Source: an uncultured Chlamydiaceae bacterium
Lineage (GTDB): Bacteria > Chlamydiota > Chlamydiia > Chlamydiales > Parachlamydiaceae
Length of the DNA stretch: 27,218 bases
NCBI GenBank assembly: GCA_945957185.1
Contig: CAMFKA010000001.1
Span: 1-27,218 of the forward strand
Direction of reading: 5' to 3'
This document shows, piece after piece, positions 22,609 through 27,218 of this stretch. Position numbers and translations under genes: made by a program. A model generated the notes under the pieces. It had not been told where the DNA came from. It saw only the letters and a program-made list of their open reading frames with translations, and did no database searches. The first letter of the stretch is position 1; each line of letters opens with the position of its first letter.

Positions 22609-24060
22609 CTACTGCTCTTCCTGCGATAGCGTATACCCCGGAACACCGTCGAGCTTCACCAAATGTTCGGTTTGGGTGAAGTCCACTCCTTTCTGAGCTA
22701 ACTTCTCCTGCAAACCTGCCACTTGAGCATGCGTGACACTCTTGCCCTTTTCTTTTGCAAGGAAGCGGCATCTCCACGTATCCCCACAAGATGTTTCAGG
22801 CTGACCGTGCGGCCAAATTCTGACGCCTCTGTTGGCGATCATTGTCAATTCAAAATCAGACGATGCGTTTCCTACAGCTTTTTTGACATCTTCCACGTTG
22901 CCGTTTGAATACACAAACACGTCGACGCCGACAAGTTCCCGTTTTGGTTTTGCAGGCTCCGAGTGTTGGTGCTGCGATTTCACATGATTCGTCGCGTGGT
23001 AGTGAACGGGTTTTAGCTTTTGTGGTTCTTGACCTAAACGTTTGATGACAGCTTGAGCGAATTCCTTTGTTCCCACTTTCTCTTTGCTGATTCCTTCTTG
23101 GAAGATATCGTAAGTGTGGATACCGTCTTCCAAAGTCTTTAACCACGCATTGTGAATCTGTGTGGCTTCTTTCGTTAGGCCAACATGGACAAGCATCATA
23201 ACTGCCGCCAAAATAATTCCTGAAGGGTTGGCGAGGTTTTGACCTGCACGTCGCGGCGCCGAACCGTGGATCGCTTCAAACATTGCCAAAGAGGGTCCGA
23301 TATTAGCAGAACCTGCAAGCCCTACCGATCCGGCAATTTGTGCGGCGACGTCTGACAAGATGTCTCCATACAAATTAGGCATCACAATCACATCGAAAGC
23401 TTCGGGAGTGTCGGCGAGTTTTGCTGCTCCAATATCGACGATCCAATGCTCTTTTTCGATAAGCGGATACTCCGCTCCAATTTCATCAAAAATTTTGTGG
23501 AACATCCCATCGGACAACTTTAAAATATTGTCTTTAGTGAAACAGGTGACTTTTTTTCGATTGTGTGTCATCGCATATTCAAATGCATACCGAATGATCC
23601 TTTCGCAGCCGGGACGTGTAATAATTTTTAGAGCATGGACGGTGTCCGGAGTTTGGCGATATTCAATTCCTGTGTAGAGGTCTTCTTCATTTTCCCGGAC
23701 GATGACAACGTCCATGATAGGATGTTTTGTTTCGACAAAAGGGGCATACGAAACGCAAGGACGCACGTTGGCATATAGCCCTAAAGTAGTCCGCACGGTC
23801 ACATTCAAGCTTTTGAATCCTCCCCCCTGAGGTGTAGTAATAGGGGCTTTCAAAAAAGCTTTTGTACGGCGAAGCACGTCCCATGTGCTGGGTTCAATTC
23901 CGGCTTTGTTGCCTTTCAAATAAACTTTTTCCCCGATTTCCACCTTTTGGTAGTCCAATGGAGCACCGGAAGCTTTTAAAATTTCCAGCGTAGCGCCCAT
24001 GATTTCCGGACCAATTCCATCTCCTTCAGCAACGGCAATAGGGATAAGTTTATCTGACAT
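22609..24060 (-). CDS. icd: Isocitrate dehydrogenase, ~480-aa type with extra C-terminal domain
   Basis: Motifs GDGIGPEIM, KAPITTPQGGGFKSLNV, RENEEDLY, KDNI, NLYGDILSD and EAIHGSAP. ATG 24060 has a GAGG RBS; GTG 24066 is an alternative start. Confidence 0.95.
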   Translation of the reverse strand: MSDKLIPIAVAEGDGIGPEIMGATLEILKASGAPLDYQKVEIGEKVYLKGNKAGIEPSTWDVLRRTKAFLKAPITTPQGGGFKSLNVTVRTTLGLYANVRPCVSYAPFVETKHPIMDVVIVRENEEDLYTGIEYRQTPDTVHALKIITRPGCERIIRYAFEYAMTHNRKKVTCFTKDNILKLSDGMFHKIFDEIGAEYPLIEKEHWIVDIGAAKLADTPEAFDVIVMPNLYGDILSDVAAQIAGSVGLAGSANIGPSLAMFEAIHGSAPRRAGQNLANPSGIILAAVMMLVHVGLTKEATQIHNAWLKTLEDGIHTYDIFQEGISKEKVGTKEFAQAVIKRLGQEPQKLKPVHYHATNHVKSQHQHSEPAKPKRELVGVDVFVYSNGNVEDVKKAVGNASSDFELTMIANRGVRIWPHGQPETSCGDTWRCRFLAKEKGKSVTHAQVAGLQEKLAQKGVDFTQTEHLVKLDGVPGYTLSQEEQ

Positions 24061-24096
24061 TTTCACCTCGAAATTATAAGTTTACACATAGAAAGC

Positions 24097-24125
24097 TTGA
24101 GACTAATTATTTTGTCATTTAAAAT
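24097..24125 (+). promoter_or_regulatory. Near-consensus promoter for kdsD
   Basis: TTGAGA, 17 nt, TAAAAT. RBS AAGGA precedes ATG 24153. Confidence 0.75.
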
Positions 24126-24152
24126 CTAGGTTTTCAGTTGAAAAGGATTTAA

Positions 24153-25112
24153 ATGTTAAAAGAGCTGCTTACCCAAGAAAAAGTTTCCCTCGATTACTTT
24201 TTCGATCATATCGATCTTCAACAAGCCGAAACGCTTGTGGAAGATGTTCTCGCTTGTAAGGGCGTTGTCGTCTTTACCGGCGTTGGCAAGAGCGGCCTTG
24301 TAGCAAAAAAAATCGCTGTGACGATGGCTTCGACGGGATCTAAAGCGATTTATTTATCCCCTACTAACGCTTTGCATGGCGACATGGGGATGGTGGACTC
24401 GAAAGACATTTTTATTATCCTTAGCAAAAGTGGCGAAAGCGACGAGCTGTTAACTCTCATTCCAGCAGTCAGAAACAAAGGCTCAAAAATCGTTGCTATC
24501 GTTTCCAACAGTGAAAGTCGTTTAGCAAAAGCTTCCGATACAGTGATATTACTTCCTTTAAAAGAAGAGCTTTGCCCTTTCAATCTCGTTCCGACTACTT
24601 CTACAACAATACAGATGATTTTTGGGGATCTTCTTTCCATCGCGATCATGTCGAAAAAGAATTTTAGCCTTGACCAGTACGCTCTCAATCACCCTGCAGG
24701 ACGCATTGGAAAACGGATCACTTTGCGTGTCCGCGACATCATGTTATCCGGCACACAACTTCCCATTTGCGACCCTCAAGCGACCCTCCAAGAGGTGTTG
24801 GTTGAATTGTCCAACAAGAAATGCGGCTGCATAATGGTGGCAAACGAATCGCAAAAATTACAAGGAATCTTCACCGACGGTGATTTGCGAAGGGCTTTGC
24901 AAGCTCACGGTTCAAAAGCTTTGGAAAAATCGATGGAACAGCTGATGGTGAACTCCGCGAAGTTTGTTTCTCCGGATATCTTGGCTTGGGATGCCATGCA
25001 GCTGATGGAAGAGGATCAAAAACGGCCGATCACTGTTCTTCCGGTTCTGCGAGAAGACAAAACCATCGTCGGCATCCTTAAAATGCACGATATCATCCAA
25101 TCGGGCCTATAA
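24153..25112 (+). CDS. kdsD: D-arabinose-5-phosphate isomerase (KpsF/GutQ family, SIS plus 2 CBS domains)
   Basis: Motifs FTGVGKSG, ALHGDMG, SKSGES, PTTSTT, NHPAGRIG and GIFTDGDLRR. Confidence 0.96.
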   Translation: MLKELLTQEKVSLDYFFDHIDLQQAETLVEDVLACKGVVVFTGVGKSGLVAKKIAVTMASTGSKAIYLSPTNALHGDMGMVDSKDIFIILSKSGESDELLTLIPAVRNKGSKIVAIVSNSESRLAKASDTVILLPLKEELCPFNLVPTTSTTIQMIFGDLLSIAIMSKKNFSLDQYALNHPAGRIGKRITLRVRDIMLSGTQLPICDPQATLQEVLVELSNKKCGCIMVANESQKLQGIFTDGDLRRALQAHGSKALEKSMEQLMVNSAKFVSPDILAWDAMQLMEEDQKRPITVLPVLREDKTIVGILKMHDIIQSGL

Positions 25113-25187
25113 ATCGTTTCATCGTTCTATTGTTGAGATAAAATTTGAAGCAAAAAACGATATAACGATACAATGATACAACGATAA
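25113..25187. repeat. Family C octamer inverted array
   Basis: ATCGTTTC ATCGTTCT ATTGTTGA (25113-25136), a 19-nt spacer, then AACGATAT AACGATAC AATGATAC AACGATAA (25156-25187). It starts immediately after the kdsD stop. Confidence 0.8.
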
Positions 25188-25196
25188 AATCGCTCC

Positions 25197-25236
25197 CTAT
25201 CTCATACCTTCTCAGTGTACTCACTGGCTCAGTGGT
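25197..25236 (-). repeat. CACTGAG repeat, family B copy 1
   Basis: Minus strand ACCACTGAGCCAGTGAGTACACTGAGAAGGTATGAGATAG. 26 of the first 28 nt are identical to the copy at 27109. It starts 3 nt after a stop codon. Confidence 0.85.
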
Positions 25237-25239
25237 GAT

Positions 25240-25695
25240 TTATTCAACAGGGTTTATAAACGCTTTTAACTCCTCGAAAGATCGCTTCGAAAAGTAGGGA
25301 CAGAAGTGTTTTTTCTCCCCTGTCATAATCAAAATGCCATAATACGTCGGATCGTCTCGATAAGAAATCGATGTGATTTCGGATGCAAAAATTTTCCAAA
25401 AAGCGCGTTGATTCTTGCCAAATGCTAAAATTTGTAGTTCGTGTGAATCCAAAGTCCATAATTCAAATGGAAAATCTTCGATACGCATCAACTGACGATA
25501 AGGCAAAAGCCCCCAAACGATAAATAATAAACCCCAAAGGTAGAAAGCCCATCCCCATTTCTGCAGGGTAGCTTCGGAAATGTAAAAATAAGCGAATCCT
25601 AATGTCAGCAATCCGATAACAGCGATAGCAGTGCCTCTAAAAAGCGTTTTTCGCTTGATTTCTGGGGTGATAGTGCTTCTTAACTTTAATTGCAT
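25240..25695 (-). CDS. Small two-TM membrane protein of unknown function
   Basis: Two hydrophobic helices (GTAIAVIGLLTLGFAYFYI and WGWAFYLWGLLFIVWGLLPY). ATG 25695 is preceded by GAGGAG. Confidence 0.8.
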   Translation of the reverse strand: MQLKLRSTITPEIKRKTLFRGTAIAVIGLLTLGFAYFYISEATLQKWGWAFYLWGLLFIVWGLLPYRQLMRIEDFPFELWTLDSHELQILAFGKNQRAFWKIFASEITSISYRDDPTYYGILIMTGEKKHFCPYFSKRSFEELKAFINPVE

Positions 25696-25814
25696 GGAAC
25701 TCCTCGCTGCTCTCGTCCTTTCTTTTTGGATCATAAGGATTTACTGAATTTATTGTTATTTTTTTGAGAACGTGCCACCATGACGACTTATTAATCAATG
25801 GATATAGGTTGAGA

Positions 25815-27089
25815 ATGGACCCCTTAGATACTTTTTCCCACTTGATGATTGCTGTTTTTGCCATCGGATACATCTTCATTACCATTGAAGAGTGGACAAA
25901 AATCAACAAAGCAACCGTTGCACTCATGATGGCGGTGTTGTGCTGGACGATTCAATTCATGGATCCCTACTGGCCGTTGCATCATAAAACGGGAATCTTG
26001 GGGGAACACCTCAACAACATCAGCCAAGTCATTTTTTTTCTTTTAGGAGCGTTGACGGTCGTGGAGATCATCAACGTCCACAAAGGTTTCGATGTGCTGT
26101 CGGATGCGATGCAGATCAAATCAAAAAGGCAAATGCTTTGGACAGTCTCTCTGATCACATTCTTTCTTTCAGCAATTTTAGATAACCTCACAACAACAAT
26201 CGTCATGATCACACTTTTGCAGAAATTAGTGGAGAAAGGGGAAGATCGACTATTGATGGGAGGTGCCGTAGTCATTGCAGCAAACGCGGGAGGTGCATGG
26301 ACACCTATTGGAGACGTCACGACAACGATGTTGTGGATTGGTGACCGCTTGACAACGATGAATATCATCCAATCACTATTCATCCCCAGTATCGTTTGTG
26401 CTGTTGCCGCTGCGATCATTTTAAGCAGATCACTCAAAGGAAATTTTTCTTCCGAAAATATGATTTTAGGAGACAAGAAAGCAGAACCGCTTGGACGTCA
26501 AATCTTCTGGCTTGGAATTGTTTTGTTGATGTTAGTGCCGGTTTTTAAAATCGTTACAGGATTGCCGCCATTCATGGGGATGTTGTTTGCTTTGAGTCTC
26601 ATGTGGATCATTACCGATATTCTTCATCACAAGTACGAAGATAGAAATCATCTAAGAGTTCCCTCCGTTCTCACAAAAATTGACCTCAGCGGCACCCTAT
26701 TCTTTCTTGGGATTTTGCTGAGCATTGACGCGTTGGATTCAGCGGGCATTTTAGAAGCCCTTGCACAATGGCTCGATAAAAACATCGGCAACGTCGAAGT
26801 GATTGGAGTTGCCATCGGTATCGCTTCCGCAGTAGTCGATAACGTGCCTCTTGTCGCCGCTGCGATGGGAATGTACGATCTCGAACAATTCCCGCGCGAT
26901 AGCGCATTTTGGGAACTGATCGCTTTCTGCGCCGGAACAGGGGGAAGCATGTTGATCATCGGGTCTGCTGCTGGAGTGGTATATATGGGGCTGGAAAAGG
27001 TCAGCTTCATTTGGTACGTCAAGCGGATCACTCTTCCAGCGACAGTAGGGTATTTTGCCGGGATCGCAGCTTATCTACTATTTAGATAG
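25815..27089 (+). CDS. nhaD: NhaD family Na+/H+ antiporter
   Basis: Motifs FFLSAILDNLTT, ANAGGAWTPIGDVTT, SAVVDNVPLVAA and GTGGSMLIIGSAAGV. Start placed at ATG 25815, preceded by AGGT; the track start at 25764 is a TTG with no RBS. Confidence 0.93.
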   Translation: MDPLDTFSHLMIAVFAIGYIFITIEEWTKINKATVALMMAVLCWTIQFMDPYWPLHHKTGILGEHLNNISQVIFFLLGALTVVEIINVHKGFDVLSDAMQIKSKRQMLWTVSLITFFLSAILDNLTTTIVMITLLQKLVEKGEDRLLMGGAVVIAANAGGAWTPIGDVTTTMLWIGDRLTTMNIIQSLFIPSIVCAVAAAIILSRSLKGNFSSENMILGDKKAEPLGRQIFWLGIVLLMLVPVFKIVTGLPPFMGMLFALSLMWIITDILHHKYEDRNHLRVPSVLTKIDLSGTLFFLGILLSIDALDSAGILEALAQWLDKNIGNVEVIGVAIGIASAVVDNVPLVAAAMGMYDLEQFPRDSAFWELIAFCAGTGGSMLIIGSAAGVVYMGLEKVSFIWYVKRITLPATVGYFAGIAAYLLFR

Positions 27090-27108
27090 ACCTTGCTGCG
27101 TAAAAAAA

Positions 27109-27206
27109 ACCACTGAGCCAATGAGAACACTGAGAAATATGAGAATAGTCATATCGTTCTACTGCCTTGTTGCATAATTAACCACTGAGCCAGTGAGATC
27201 ACAGAG
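27109..27206 (+). repeat. CACTGAG repeat, family B copies 2 and 3, with an intervening ATCGTTCT unit
   Basis: ACCACTGAGCCAATGAGAACACTGAGAAATATGAGAATAG (27109-27148), ATCGTTCT (27153-27160) and ACCACTGAGCCAGTGAGATCACAGAG (27181-27206), all downstream of the nhaD stop. Confidence 0.85.
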
Positions 27207-27218
27207 GGTTTCTGAAGG

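Noticed and set aside
24061-24101. TATAAT at 24078-24073 (minus) could give a leaderless GTG start for icd at 24066
   Set aside because: No convincing -35, and ATG 24060 has a normal GAGG SD. It cannot be decided from sequence.
25637-25927. 96-aa minus-strand ORF and other long antisense ORFs over nhaD, gltT, kdsD, tsf and rpsB
   Set aside because: Antisense shadows of confidently identified genes, with no motifs or independent expression signals.
11780-27206. Possible CRISPR array or cas association for the short repeats
   Set aside because: Units are ~8 nt and contiguous, with no 23-50-nt direct repeats separated by unique spacers and no cas genes.
1-27218. Transposase, integrase, prophage or toxin-antitoxin genes that could explain the repeats or the kinase insertion
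   Set aside because: No ORF in the window has DDE, HUH, tyrosine/serine recombinase or phage motifs. Any mobilising enzyme must lie elsewhere.

Overview
27.2-kb window that looks like an environmental chlamydial chromosome (Chlamydiota, outside Chlamydiaceae). This assignment is inferred from gene order (tRNA-Lys/tRNA-Glu-frr-pyrH-tsf-rpsB-tRNA-Gly-pbp2; spoU...lpxK-gltT...kdsD), the ~1030-aa PBP2 with a large transpeptidase insertion, and the presence of icd. The housekeeping backbone is frr, pyrH, tsf, rpsB, pbp2, an LplA/LipM-like ligase, comF, a SpoU methylase, an RluA/D-type pseudouridine synthase, gmhA, lpxK, gltT, icd, kdsD and nhaD. The notable accessory content is: (i) a tandem array of three paralogous ~540-aa proteins with a shared unrecognised N-terminal domain and a Hanks-type kinase fold, each missing a different catalytic residue; (ii) a fourth, signal-anchored atypical kinase-fold protein; (iii) a 162-bp TA-flanked palindrome (MITE-like) whose arm asymmetries form a -35/-10 promoter facing pyrH-frr; (iv) three sequence-unrelated families of roughly octamer-period intergenic repeats, nearly all at gene 3' ends and some nested or with a flipped core; (v) an unannotated 37-aa basic ORF with its own RBS and terminator; and (vi) two AT-rich, hydrophobic effector-like genes with near-consensus promoters. 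No transposase, integrase, rRNA, cas gene or CRISPR array is visible. All product calls come from motif recognition only; no database searches were run.
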